From Octopus sinensis (lineage: Eukaryota): a stretch of 64,000 nucleotides of DNA. The notes beneath the pieces are model-generated. The model saw nothing but the letters and a program-made list of their open reading frames with translations, made no database searches and was not told the origin of the DNA. The stretch covers positions 13,392,001 to 13,456,000 of the forward strand of contig NC_043024.1 in assembly GCF_006345805.1 (NCBI RefSeq). Reading direction: 5' to 3'. A program made the translations under genes and the position numbers. Of this stretch, positions 28,690-41,289 are shown piece after piece. Position 1 is the first letter of the stretch, and the number at the start of each line of letters is the position of its first letter.

Positions 28690-28770
28690 CATACATACAT
28701 CTGTGCATTCATACATACTTATATATATATATACATATAGATATATATATATATATATATATATATTCAT
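27940..28770. repeat. (TA)n-rich block with internal higher-order duplications
   Basis: Repeated units near 27958/28081 and 28605/28680. Confidence 0.85.
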
Positions 28771-29474
28771 ATCCTCCTGAAAGCCTTTCAGAATACTAAA
28801 CGAAGCAGATCGATATTCCATGCAGAGGTCATAGCTTCTACCGGCTGCAAACTCACAATCTATGATCAAAACCAACATCCAAATTGACAATTCCACTCTC
28901 TCTTCCTCTCCTTCCTTTCCATTCCCCTTCACTCCGACCCCCTCATCTCTCACCCGTGCCTCTACCACAGGTGATTAAATAAATTATTAGATTCCAGGTT
29001 CAATACTACCAACCGATCGGCTTTACGAGTCGTCATATTTCGGCCGAACTTATGTGTACAAGGCATAACATTTATTATAAGCGAACATCATTGCCAGTTT
29101 TATTTCGGGAAAATCCTCACTACTCTAGTGAAAGTGTTAATGTTATACGCTATAATGGTTCCAGTAGTATCAATAATAATAATAATATCATCGACGACAT
29201 AGAGGATGAGTAGATTACTGTATGGATGGTTTTGTTCTTTTCTCTTTAGTCCGCTAATCGATATCGAGAGTGAAACGGAACAAATAAAACCAAACGATAA
29301 TTCCTTTCAGTAACAGAATCGTAATAGATGTTCAACTTAATGGAATGTCCCTTTTGTGTAGGACAAAGAAGACACAGATACAAATACACATTCATGAATA
29401 CATAGATATCTGTATATACACACGGACCATATATAGATTTCACATATACAATAAAATATTATAAATTACGTATA

Positions 29475-29538
<64 letters not shown>

Positions 29539-29844
29539 GTATATATAATATATACATATAAATGTTATATGTGGAACAGTATAGAATGCATACCGCCAAA
29601 AGTGGCGGCGTTTTAAAATATGTTCAAACTGGTATTTAATAAAGGCATCGACGTAGGAAATCTTTTCTATATTTAATACAAACTTGTATAAAAGTATAAT
29701 TGAATTATTATTGAAAATAATTTGTACCATTGGTTCCATTCAGAAGGAAAATTTTCAGGGAATGTTTTGTGTCAATTGAATTAACAATGTTAAAATATAT
29801 TCTTCTTTTTGTTTTTATTCAAAATCCTACAGATTTCTCAACAG

Positions 29845-30250
29845 ATAGGCCCAAAGGGGACTAAACAGAAAGGGGACAAACAAGGACGGAGAAAGAGATT
29901 AAGTTGATTATATCGACACCAGTGCATAACTGGTATTTATATAATCGACGGCGAAAGGATGAAAGGCAAAGTTGACTTCGGCGGAATTTGAACGCAGAAC
30001 GTAACGGGAAACGAAATACCTATTTCTTTACTACCCACAAGGGCTAAACACAGAGGGGGCAAACACGGACAGACAAACGGATTAAGTCGATTATATCGAC
30101 ACTATTGCATAACTGGTATTTATTTAATCGACGGCGAAAGGATGAAAGGCAAAGTCGACCTCGGCGGAATTTGAACTCATAACGTAACGGCAGCCGAAAT
30201 ATCGCTAAGCATTTCGCCCGGCGTGCTAACATTTCTGTCAGCTCACCGCC
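29845..30250 (-). mobile_element. SINE A dimer
   Basis: Junction gaaatacctatttc at 30013-30026. Confidence 0.9.
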
Positions 30251-30419
30251 TTATCTACTGATATTTATGGTATACCCTTCGAAATTCAACGGTTACTTCT
30301 GAAAATGTAATGCGGTATGATGTTTATTGAAAACCATATAAATATAAATATATAAGCTTTGAAACAGTAAGCCTGTCCCTTTTCCTCTGCCAGATTGACT
30401 ATTAAATACAAACATAATG

Positions 30420-30708
30420 TGGTGAGGTGACTGAATCGTTAGCAAGCTGGGCAAAATGCTTTACACTGTTTCACCCGTCGCTACATTCGGAGATCAAATT
30501 CCGCCGAGGTCGACTTTACTTTTTACTCTTTTACTTGTTTCAGTCATTTGACTGCGGCCATGCTTGAACACCACATTTTAGTCGAGCAAATCGACCCTAG
30601 GACTTATTCTATCGGATTTCTTTTGCCGAACTGCTAAGTGACGGGGACGTAAATACACCAGCATCGGTTGTCAAGTGATGTTGCGGGGACAAATATAGAA
30701 ATACAAAT

Positions 30709-30751
<43 letters not shown>

Positions 30752-30955
30752 CGACAGTCTTCTTTCAGTTTCCGTCTACCAAATCCACTCACAATGCTTT
30801 GGTTGTCCTGAGGTTGTAGTAGAAGACACTTGCCCAAGGTGTCACGTAGTGGGACTGAACCCGGAACTATGTGGTTTGTAAGCAAGCTACTTACCACACA
30901 GCCACTCCTGCGCCTACACAGCTACTCTTACATTTCGTCCTTTCGGGATCGATTT
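30420..30955 (+). mobile_element. SINE A interrupted by a SINE B insertion
   Basis: A head ends gaggtcgacttt at ~30515 and the body resumes tttcgtcctttcgggatcga at ~30932. Confidence 0.65.
30518..30914 (-). mobile_element. Full-length SINE B
   Basis: Head ggcgcaggagtggctgtgtggtaag, B-box gggttcagtccc, internal (TA)/(TG) tract, (GAGTAAAA)-type tail. Confidence 0.9.
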
Positions 30956-31803
30956 AATCGGTTAGTCCCCTCACGCATCGTTTCAGATTGTCTTTTAGCT
31001 TGTCTTTCAAACGCAAAAGTGGCTTTCCAACTGCCCTTCCTGTTGGGAATTGGCCAAAGAGAAGTTGTTTCGGAATCGTGATATCACTCGTACATGAGAG
31101 ATGACCTAACAATCTAAGCTGCATGCTTTTTTGAGGGTAGCTTCAATGCATGTTGTAAGTGCCTGACTGCTATGAATATAGCCAATCGGTTTTATTTTGG
31201 CGAGAGTACGCAAGCATCACATGAAAACCATCAAGCTGATTAATGTTCTTTCGCTACAGAGTCCAAAATTCATTACTATAAAGCAATATTTCGAAATATC
31301 CAATACTTGGACACCCCTAAACATACATGCGCACTCACCATTTATTAAAACTACCTTCTCCATTTCTCTCCCCATCTGTCACTCTATCTGAATCTCTCTT
31401 TCTCTCACTCTCTCTCTGTGATTTTCTCCTTTTCTATTTCTAGTTTTTTTTCCCGCATTCATTCTAATGACATATGCAAAAATAGAGAGGTGCAGCAGTT
31501 TTAATTTAAAAGCTGAAAAGTATAACATCAGTTAAAGGCATCAATGTAATGAACACTAGTCTTATGGGCTGCAGGCCAGCTTTCACTTTAGTCATTGTGT
31601 TATGAAATTCATGAATTTTATTTCGGATTTTGTGCAACAACTCTGGGCGTATAATGGGAATGCATTACTGACATGCCTCCGATAAAGGAGTACCAATGCT
31701 ATTGCGTTTCATTCTATTCTGTATAATTTTACGCTGTCGGAATGGTTCCTTAACAAGGTACAATGCCGTAACATAAAACTAGCATTATGAAACCAAACAG
31801 ATG

Positions 31804-32497
31804 GCAGGAATTACAAAATAGCAAAAGAGAGGAGTGAAGAATATGGATACCAAAACCCGAAAAATGTTGTCAGTACACGGAGCCTTCCATCCTAAGAGTG
31901 ACACCCATAGGGTGTACCTGATCAGTTGCCAGGACTGTATAGAAGCAAAGTATAACAGCTTAGTGTGATATATAAAAAATTCCGCGGAGCTACTGTTGAA
32001 GCACACGAAGAAGGGGGGCGTCATGAAAACTGAAAATTTTGTAACGAAAGAAAAAATTAAGCAAGAAATGAACAGAAAAAAGAAAAAAAGGCATGGAAAG
32101 AAAAGAAAATATACCGTCAGTTTGCAATAAATGTGAACGCAAAGACAGGTATTGAAGACACAATGGTTATGGATGAGGAGGAATGATATGAGACAGAAGC
32201 ACTCATATGTGCAGCTCAGGAACAGGTGTTAAGAACCAACTATATGAAGTGCAGTATAGACAACACTACCGATAGCGATAAGTGCAGAATTTGTGGTGAG
32301 AGGGGTGAAAAGGGATGGCACATCGCTAGCGAATGCCCGAAATTGGTACAACGCGAATGCAAAATACGCCATGACAATGTGGCAAGAATGATCCATTGGG
32401 AGCTCTGTGGAATTTACTGTCTACAAAAGAGCAAAGACGTGTTATGAGCAAACCCTAGAAGAAGATACTGGAAATGAGAATTGCAAAATCCTGTGGG
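31804..32497 (+). mobile_element. Degenerate R4/Dong-like ORF fragment (post-RT region, CCHC knuckle)
   Basis: DTKTRKMLSVHGAFHPKSDTHRVYL; TEALICAAQEQVLRTNYMK..DKCRICGERGEKGWHIASECPKL..RHDNVARMIHWELC; stops and frameshifts. Confidence 0.85.
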
Positions 32498-32544
32498 AAA
32501 CTGGACATTGTTAGCCTATCTGCTATAAGTACAAGGCCTCATGT

Positions 32545-32723
32545 TTGGGGTGAGGGGACTAGTCGTTTACAACGACCCCAGTGTTTCACTGGTACTTAAT
32601 TTATCGAGCACGATAGAATGAAAAGCAAAGTCGACATCGGCGGAATTTGAACTCAAAACATGAAGACAGACGAAATGCCGCTAAGCATTTTGCCCGGCGT
32701 GCTAACGATTCTGCCACCTCACC
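32545..32723 (-). mobile_element. SINE A copy
   Basis: Head and body similarity. Confidence 0.8.
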
Positions 32724-33000
32724 AACTTAATAATAATAATAATGATATTGATACTGATTTTAATGATAATGATGATGATACATATATGCATGCTCACACA
32801 CGCACAAACATCTCAAATTATTTTACGCTTTTATCATTGGACTGCGTCCATGCTAGAGCACCGCGCCCGAAAAGGTTTAGTCAAAGAAATCGACTCCAGC
32901 CCTTGTTTCACTTACAGCCACACACACACACACACACTCTCTCTCTTCCCCTCTCCCTCTCTCCCTACCTCTCTCACACACACACAGACTCACATGTATG

Positions 33001-33036
<36 letters not shown>

Positions 33037-33124
33037 TACGTACATACGTACATACATACATACATATTTATATGTCTCTGTGTATGTACATATATATGTA
33101 TGTATGAATGTATTTATGTATCTC

Positions 33125-33168
<44 letters not shown>

Positions 33169-34472
33169 TACACACACATATGCATGTATATATACATAAA
33201 CAGAGATACTAAATAGATACTAAGAGTGAGATAATGTACAAAAAGTTATGAGTGACGAAGTAGCACTGTTTACCATTACTTTTCATTACTTCATTCCCAG
33301 ATCCTTGTGCTTTCATTCCATTTTGCCTAAAGCTAGGTGCTGCATACTTTCAGCTCCTGTCCGAAAATACATTAGCTTAATGTTCCCACGGCCATTTTGA
33401 TATGTCTATGCGTGTGTGTGTGCATGTGTATGCTCGTACGTGTGTGTGCGATTTGTTAATCTTCTGTTGAAACGAGACACACGTAGAGAGATATGTCGTA
33501 ATGTTGAAGATATTAAACGATTTGAAATACCCCATAAACCTCCCGTTGCGCAGATTTACCATAACACATGGTAAAGAATTATTACTCGATATCTTATAGT
33601 AATACTTTGGGCGTAATGACGTCAGTTTGCGAAGAAATTTTATAAAATATTTAAGATTTACGTTATAAGTAACGTCTCCTTTGGGTTAATGGAGAATAGA
33701 AAATTTAAGTTTTGTGGAAGAGAAGCTTCTGAGGTAAATGACATCACACGTTGAACAGGTAAAAATAACAACTGATTAAGTTGAAATCCTGAGCATTAGA
33801 TATAAAATAAAATTTGTGGATGGGTGACTTCTCTTAATTAAGACGGTTCGGGGCGCATTTTTATACCGTTGCCGCTGATATTTAAAGGAAGCGATGTAAT
33901 TATCGAAGGTCGTTGATCTTTTATTTAAATAATATGCAGCCTTAGAGAAATTCACAGCAATGCGGCTTGAGCTTACAAAGTTTATACACTCACGCGCAGG
34001 CACACATTTTGTAGCAGGTTAATAACCTCATGACGTCCATTTTCTAAAGCTCCGTTGCAATAACATTAACGAATGATTAAGAAACTGTGATGCGAACCAG
34101 ATAAACTGAAGTTAAGTTTCGTAGAGAGACCAGCAGAAAAATTTGTATCCCGCTGGAACAACAGGGTCACCTCGCACTCTTGGAAGAAAATCATTTACTG
34201 ACAAAGGAGACAAACTAATACTCCTAGCTTTTATCCGGACATTTCAGGATGCTCTGAATGTACCATGATCTACCATCATGAAAAGAGAGATATAGTTACA
34301 ATTATAAAAAGCTGACCCGATTTTAGATTATTTCTCTTGACTAATTTTGGTGTTTATATTTTGTAATTTCTATTATTGATTCTTATTGTTATTACTTTAT
34401 TTGGTATTTTTTTTATTACGTTTATATATTTGTTGTACAAGATTTTTTATGTGAAGTCGTGTGTTGAAACAG

Positions 34473-34802
34473 ATATTGTTATATTTCGGAATGGTCACTT
34501 TGCCAGTTTAGCCAATAAAAACACACGCACTATATATTTGGTGTTACTTTGCTGCAGTGTTATTTATTTTTTATATTAATCTTAAAATTATTTCGGTTAG
34601 TAAGGAGAGACACAAATAAGAAAGAAGAAAGCAAAGGACCACTGATGCGGTCACAGGAGTGTGACGAAAGAACTCTGGCCGAAATAAGATTAAGATTAAT
34701 GTAAAAAATAAATAACACTGAAGAAAAGTAACACCAAATGTATAGTGCGTGTGTTGTTATTGGCTAAACTGGCAAAATGACCATTCCGAAATACAACAAT
34801 AT
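34473..34802. mobile_element. Small element with 124-bp inverted arms and a hammerhead-like motif in the 82-bp spacer
   Basis: Arms 34473-34596 and 34679-34802; right arm plus spacer match the reverse complement of 40984-41189. Confidence 0.8.
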
Positions 34803-34889
34803 TTTTTTTATCTTATACGTATATTTGGTTATTTGTTTCTGAGTATAGAGAGAATGTTGAAAATAGTGTGCGTGTTTGTGTATAGCTAT

Positions 34890-35190
34890 ATACTCTTTTA
34901 CACTTTTACTTTTTTCAGTCATTTGATTGTGGCCATGCTGGAGCATCGCTTTTAGTCGAGAAAATCGACCCCAGGACTTATTCTTTATAAGGCCAGTACT
35001 TATTCCACCAATATCTTTGGCCGAACCGCTCAGTTACGGGGACGTAAACACACCAGCGTCGGTTGTCAAGCGACACACATACATATACACAAATACATAC
35101 ATACATACATGCATATATATATACGACGGGCGTCTTTCAGTTTCCGTCTATCTAATCCACTCACAAGGCTTTGGTCGGCCCGATCTATCA
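34890..35190 (-). mobile_element. SINE B lacking its 5' head
   Basis: tttcagtcatttgattgtggccatgctggagca...atacgacgggcgtctttcagtttccgtcta. Confidence 0.85.
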
Positions 35191-35220
35191 ATGTTTCTAT
35201 CTATTTATCTAACTATTCAA

Positions 35221-35275
<55 letters not shown>

Positions 35276-36534
35276 CCTCATTCCCCCCTCTCTCTCTCCT
35301 CACACATACACACATATATATTCTGCAATAGATTTTACACTTTTCCTATTGGTAAGAAGTTATTATATCTATATTCCCACATACGTTTGCGTTATCTTTG
35401 GCGCTCCTCTCTTTGCTATCCTGCATGCCTGTATGCGCGTATGCCTGTATGTATGTATGTATGTATGTATGTATGTATGTATGTATGTATGTATGTATGT
35501 ATGTATGTATGTGTGTATGTCTATGTATGTATGAATGTATGTGTGTATGTCTATGTATGTATGTATGTATGTAGGCATAAATCTATTGATTGATGGTTAT
35601 GAAAAAGTCGATTTCTTCTCGATACATATATTAGAACGCCTAATAAAGTTATTAACACGCTCTGTGTACCACAGCAATTTTATAATGTCATTACGCAGTC
35701 TTTCCTTCCTGTTAGAAACAGCACATGGCGCAAATCACATTCTATTATTTTATAATATATATATATATATATATAATATATATATATATATATAAATAAG
35801 CATTAGATAATGTTGTCTGAGATAGATTAAGATTTCGATATTCTGTAAGCTTCTTTGACGTAGCTTTGACCAAAGGTCTTCCCACTTGATTCGAAGTCAG
35901 ATCTGAAACCAGGGAAGAGAAACAACTGTTACAACAAGAAACACATTTACAATTTAATAGGGACACATTCATAATTCTGCCTCCGAAAAAGAATTAACTG
36001 ATAGGATGATCTCAAAAAATAAAGAATATATAAATAAAATAAAATAAAATGATTTATTGTCCTGCAGTTCAAATGTAAAGAAATATGCTGTGTGCCAATT
36101 TTAATGTTTTATCAAATATTGAGCAACGAAACTGTCGGAGTGCAGATCATGGCAAGAACTAAGTTTTAAAACAAGCGACAAGCAAGCAATAACATCAACA
36201 AAATAAACAAAGATTTTTTTAAGTATGAAGAATAAATAATATATATAAAATAATATTTAAAAAAAAACAACGTGAAATATCTAAATCGAGACAATATTTT
36301 CCGAGTCTCTTGCCATATGACGAAGAAGAAGCAGAGATGTCTTTTAATATCGTATAATTACTTAAAACAGTTTGACAATATTTATTTGCTTTGCCAGTTG
36401 ATAAATGGACGACGTACGAATATTACAAGCCCAAACATTCTTAATTGAAACCATAAATCTTGTGCCGTTCCTTATATATAAATCAGCCAAATGTCAAGAT
36501 TTATTGATTTTATTGAATGCTCAAGACTTAAGCA

Positions 36535-36888
36535 TTATTATTATTATTATTATTATTATCATCATCATCATGATTATTATTATTATTGCTATTATTATTA
36601 TTATTATTATTTATTATTACTATTATTATTATTATTATTATTATTATTTATTATTTATTATTACTATTATTATTATTATTATTATTGTTGTTGTTATTAT
36701 TATTATTATTATTATTGTTGTTATTATTATTATTATTATTATTATCATCATCATCATGATTATTATTATTATTGTTGTTGTTGTTCTTGTTGCCGTTTTT
36801 GTTGTTGTTGTCAATATTGTTATTGTTTTTATTATTATTATTATTACTATTATTATTGTTGTTGCTGTTGTCATTATTACTATTGTTG

Positions 36889-36931
<43 letters not shown>

Positions 36932-37094
36932 CATCATCATCATTATCACTATTATTATTGCTGTTGTTATTGTCCTTTTTGTTATTGTTGTTATTGTTGC
37001 TATTGTAACTGCTACTACTACTACAACTGCTGCTGCTACTACTACTACTACTGCTGCTACTACTACTACTACTACTACTACTAACTAATAATAA

Positions 37095-37129
<35 letters not shown>

Positions 37130-37140
37130 TTGCCGCTGCT
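36535..37140. repeat. Compound (TTA)/(TTG)/(TCA)/(CTA) array
   Basis: Seen directly. Confidence 0.95.
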
Positions 37141-37749
37141 ATGTTGTTCTTGGTGTGTGAGTTTTAGTTTTGATTTTTCTATTTAAATATTTTTATGTTA
37201 TCGTTTTTTTTTTTAAATTGTTTATGCAGTTTTCAGTGTGAAAAAAAAAGATTAATAAGAAAGAATTAAAGTAATTCATCAACGTTCTAAAGATAATACA
37301 TATTAAGGAAATTGGAAAAAGAAAACAATGGCGGCTGCAAACATTACAAAAAGAACAACTGGAAGAGATAAACAGTGAAGAACATACCAATAATGGTTAC
37401 AATAAATATTAGTAGTTGAAAGATAAAGTACTAATTGTCCCAATTAAGGACTCATTAACGGCAATTGCTAACATGAGGAAATCCAATTGGTTGAGTAGAT
37501 ACACAAATATGTTTTGAGATGAATATAAAATTATTTCTATATTCCTCTTCTATTCTCACTCCATCTGTCTGTCTGTCGTCTGTCTCTCTCTGCATCTTTC
37601 TGTCTATCTGTCTGTCTCTCTCTCTGTCGTTCTGTGTGTGTGAGAGAGAGAAGCGGAGAGGGGTATTCTAAATGAGTCTTTGCATATGTATATATATGTG
37701 AGATTATTTATAATATATATTTATAATTATAGGACCAGACAAGACAGAG

Positions 37750-37870
37750 AAATGGCAGAACCGTTAGCAAGCCAGGCAACAATGCTTAAAGGAATTTCGT
37801 TCGTCTTTGCTTTCTGGGATCAAATCCTGATGAAGACCGGAGGCTATATGAGCCGAAACGTGTTAACAAT
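37750..37870 (+). mobile_element. SINE A head fused to a hammerhead-like segment
   Basis: ggcagaaccgttagcaagcc..gggatcaaatc followed by ctgatgaagaccggaggctatatgagccgaaacgtg. Confidence 0.4.
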
Positions 37871-37999
37871 AAATAAGATGCGGGCAAATATCCGTCACAT
37901 GTAAATAATTCCTCATCTCTTAAATATAAAACTGCATTTTGATCCATACCTGCAACTCCCAATAAATGTGACGAACGCCCTTCTTTCGTTTGTCTAATC

Positions 38000-38190
38000 C
38001 AGTGCTTTTCAAACTTCTTGCTGGAACGGAACCCCAAGGAAACATTCCACTGGCTCGAGGAACCCCTGTGCAATAATTTAATAGTCTTATGCACACAGGA
38101 GACTTAAAATTTACTGCCGATTTTAGCACTTTTGTAACTTCTTGCGGAACCCCTGCACTGTACTGGCGGAACCCTGGTTGAAAACCACTG
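38000..38190. mobile_element. hAT-type MITE (191 bp)
   Basis: TIRs CAGTGCTTTTCAA / TTGAAAACCACTG; 8-bp TSD gtctaatc / gtttaatc. Confidence 0.88.
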
Positions 38191-38199
38191 GTTTAATCA

Positions 38200-38247
<48 letters not shown>

Positions 38248-38415
38248 TATGCTCGTGTGTGAATGTATGAATATATATATATATGTATCAACATGTGTGT
38301 GTGTGTGTATGTGTGGTCATCATCATCATGATCATCTATATAAACAATTCGACTGTGATTTTCTTAATTATTTTCCCTAGAAATTCAATTCCTCCTGTTG
38401 TATTGTAATACTATA

Positions 38416-38786
38416 CTAGCCGTATCGCCCAGCGTTGCTCGGGTTTGTTTCGACCCCTTCAGAATTGTAATTGCATTTTGTAGATTGTTATTTTCTTTTA
38501 GTGTACGTTTTTCTGGTTGAAATACACCGAAAAATGGCGACATAGCACTCAAAAATCGTAAACTTAGGGATTTTCATAAAAAAAACCCACCATTTTATGT
38601 AAACAATTTGTGGCGTTAACATGGTCCGATTTGAATGTTTTCTTCTACGGAAGAAAGAGCAAGTCTTCTTCTATCATACTCTCAATTTTAGTCAACTTGC
38701 GTCGCAGGGTCTCGGAGGAGATAGTGTTAGTTGAAGGCTACCAAACCTGCCATACACAGACAACTTCAGATTTATATATATATAGA
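38416..38786 (-). mobile_element. Full-length non-autonomous Helitron
   Basis: Minus strand 5' TCtatatatatataaatctgaagttgtctgtg; 3' hairpin cccgagcaacgctggg then CTAG; A|T target. Confidence 0.8.
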
Positions 38787-39478
38787 TTAAGGAAATGACT
38801 TGTTTGTCAAAGAAGAATCCAAGAAACGAAACCGAACCTCTCTGTTTCTGACTATAAACTGTTGTTTCGAATCTATTCTATGATGGCAATGTAATCTGGA
38901 AGTGTAGACGCATAAATCTATTGCGCAAGAAATGTTAACTTCACCAACATAAACCAAAAGCTTCCACGTTAAAATGAATTTCACCGGTTACACACATTTA
39001 AATCGCTTTCCGTCTTTGTTTCCTCTCTCTTTCTCTCCCTATGATATATGTATCTGTGTGTGTGTGTGTGTGTGTGTGTCTGTGTGTGCGTGTTTGAATC
39101 TGTATGTGTGTGCATAAAATGAAAGAGAGAGACAAACAACGGAGGGAGAAAGTTATCGCAAATTCCTTTTACTGATGAGCGACTAATTTATATTCGTGAA
39201 ATCTCTTAATATGTTTATGGTTTACCCCATTCACTCCTGTTAATTAACAACAACTCATTAAGATTTTAGTGGGTGTTATTTAATACCACATTTTACATTT
39301 ACAGATGGTGTAATTTTGTTTTTTTAAATATTTCCTCTTAATTTCATTCAGTCACTGTTTGATAAAAATGTATGAAAAATAACTTAACATTTTAAACCAT
39401 ACTTGACATAAATCATAAAAATTTTTGTTTTAATTTTCGAAAATCCTAATAAACAGCTAAATATTATTCCGCTATATG

Positions 39479-39509
<31 letters not shown>

Positions 39510-40196
39510 GGCATAATAAAGAATATTTTAATTGCAATTAATTTACATAATTCCATTAGGAGGAAACATTTTACACGTTTTTAATATTGTAATATTTATA
39601 GATTTATACATTATACGAATAAGTTATTTATTTTATTTTTGTTTTTAAATTAGTAATTTTTCGTCTTTCCTTTTCTTTTTTTCGAATCGTATATTCAATT
39701 TCCTTAAAGCACCGTTATTTATCAAAATGAAAAACAAGTTTCACATATTTTGTGGATTTGAAATGTCTGAAAGTAGTTAGAACAATGTCTACTGTATTTA
39801 TTCATTCGATTCACAAATTTCTCATTTCGACACTTCAACATTGGAATTTGTCACTTTCCTGTTTTTTCTACCCTTCCACGTGCAACACATGCATTCAACT
39901 CTCACTTCATTTCTTATTATGGCAATATGTTCTTCAAGTAAAGCAAGAAGCTGGCAGAAACGTTACCACGCCGGGCTAATAATAATACGTTCTGTTGAGG
40001 AATATTTAAATGAGACTTTTCGGTTTTCTCTTTTTCTTAAATTTCGGTCATCCTTTAGTATTCCAGTTGTTTTAGAACGATGTACAGATGTATATGCCTT
40101 TATCTATATCTATCTACCTATCCATCTATCTATCTATCTATCTATCTATCAATCAATCTATCTATCTATCTATAAATCTATCTATCTATCTACCTG

Positions 40197-40237
<41 letters not shown>

Positions 40238-40493
40238 ATATCTATAAATAGATAGATAGTTTGTTGTTTTTTGTGTTTTCTTGTTTGGATTAAATCTCTC
40301 TCTCTATATATATATATATCGATCCAGGGACAGCTAATGAAGGGGAATATTCCTTGTATTGTTTGTCTTGTACTCTGTTTTTTCGTTGTTAAAAAAATGC
40401 CGTTAATATAATATAATATATTTATACTATAAAATTGGATTTAATCCTAAATCTGATTTTTCCCTGTAAGTTTGGATTTATTCCCTAATATTT

Positions 40494-40530
<37 letters not shown>

Positions 40531-40603
40531 TGTATATATACATGTAGATGTAGGTACGTACATATATGTATGTATGTATGCATATATTTTATATATTACA
40601 TTA

Positions 40604-40657
<54 letters not shown>

Positions 40658-40708
40658 TATCATTATTTCGAATTCTCTCTAAAAAGGTGACTACGGCGGC
40701 GGTACTGG

Positions 40709-40979
40709 ATATTAATATTTATCACCAAGCTAAAAAGGCAGTCCAGGAAAATAGGACGAATGCTACCGTTGATTAGCTCCAAGAGGCCACCACCTCTAGC
40801 TAGCCATGTGACACAGAAACCTCTGTCCATTATAACCTTCGAACATAGGAGGTTATAATGGACACAGGTTTGTGTGTCACATAACTAGCTAGGGGTGATG
40901 GCCTCTTGGATCTAATCAACGGCAGCATTCCTCCTGTTTACCTGGACTGCCATGCTAGCTTGGCGATAAATATTAATAT
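40709..40979. repeat. 271-bp imperfect palindrome (fold-back/MITE-like)
   Basis: ~130-bp arms (40709-40838 and 40850-40979) around an ~11-nt loop; scattered mismatches. Confidence 0.88.
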
Positions 40980-40983
40980 ACAT

Positions 40984-41190
40984 ATATTGTTATATTTCGG
41001 AATGGTCATTTTGCCAGTTTAGCCAATAGAAACACACGCACTATATATTTGGTGTTAATCTGCTTCAGCTTTATTTATTTTTTACATTAATCTTAATCTT
41101 ATTTCGGCCAGAGTTCTTTCGTCACACTCCTGTGACCTCATCAGTGGTCCTTTGCTTTCTTCTTTCTTATTTGTGTCTCTCCTTACTAAC
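40984..41190 (-). mobile_element. Second copy of the 34.5 kb hammerhead-bearing element, without the inverted arm
   Basis: Direct similarity to 34473-34802. Confidence 0.8.
41106..41150 (-). ncRNA. Minimal type I hammerhead-ribozyme-like motif
   Basis: GGACCA-CUGAUGA-G-GUCACA(GGAG)UGUGAC-GAAA-G-AA-CUC-UGGCC. Confidence 0.6.
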
Positions 41191-41289
41191 GCTCAGCTAT
41201 TTTTTATTTTGTATTCCTATTGTAGGTGTCTTCATTTGTGCATGCGTATATCTCTATGTGTGTCTATGTTTAGTTTGTGTGTGTATGTG

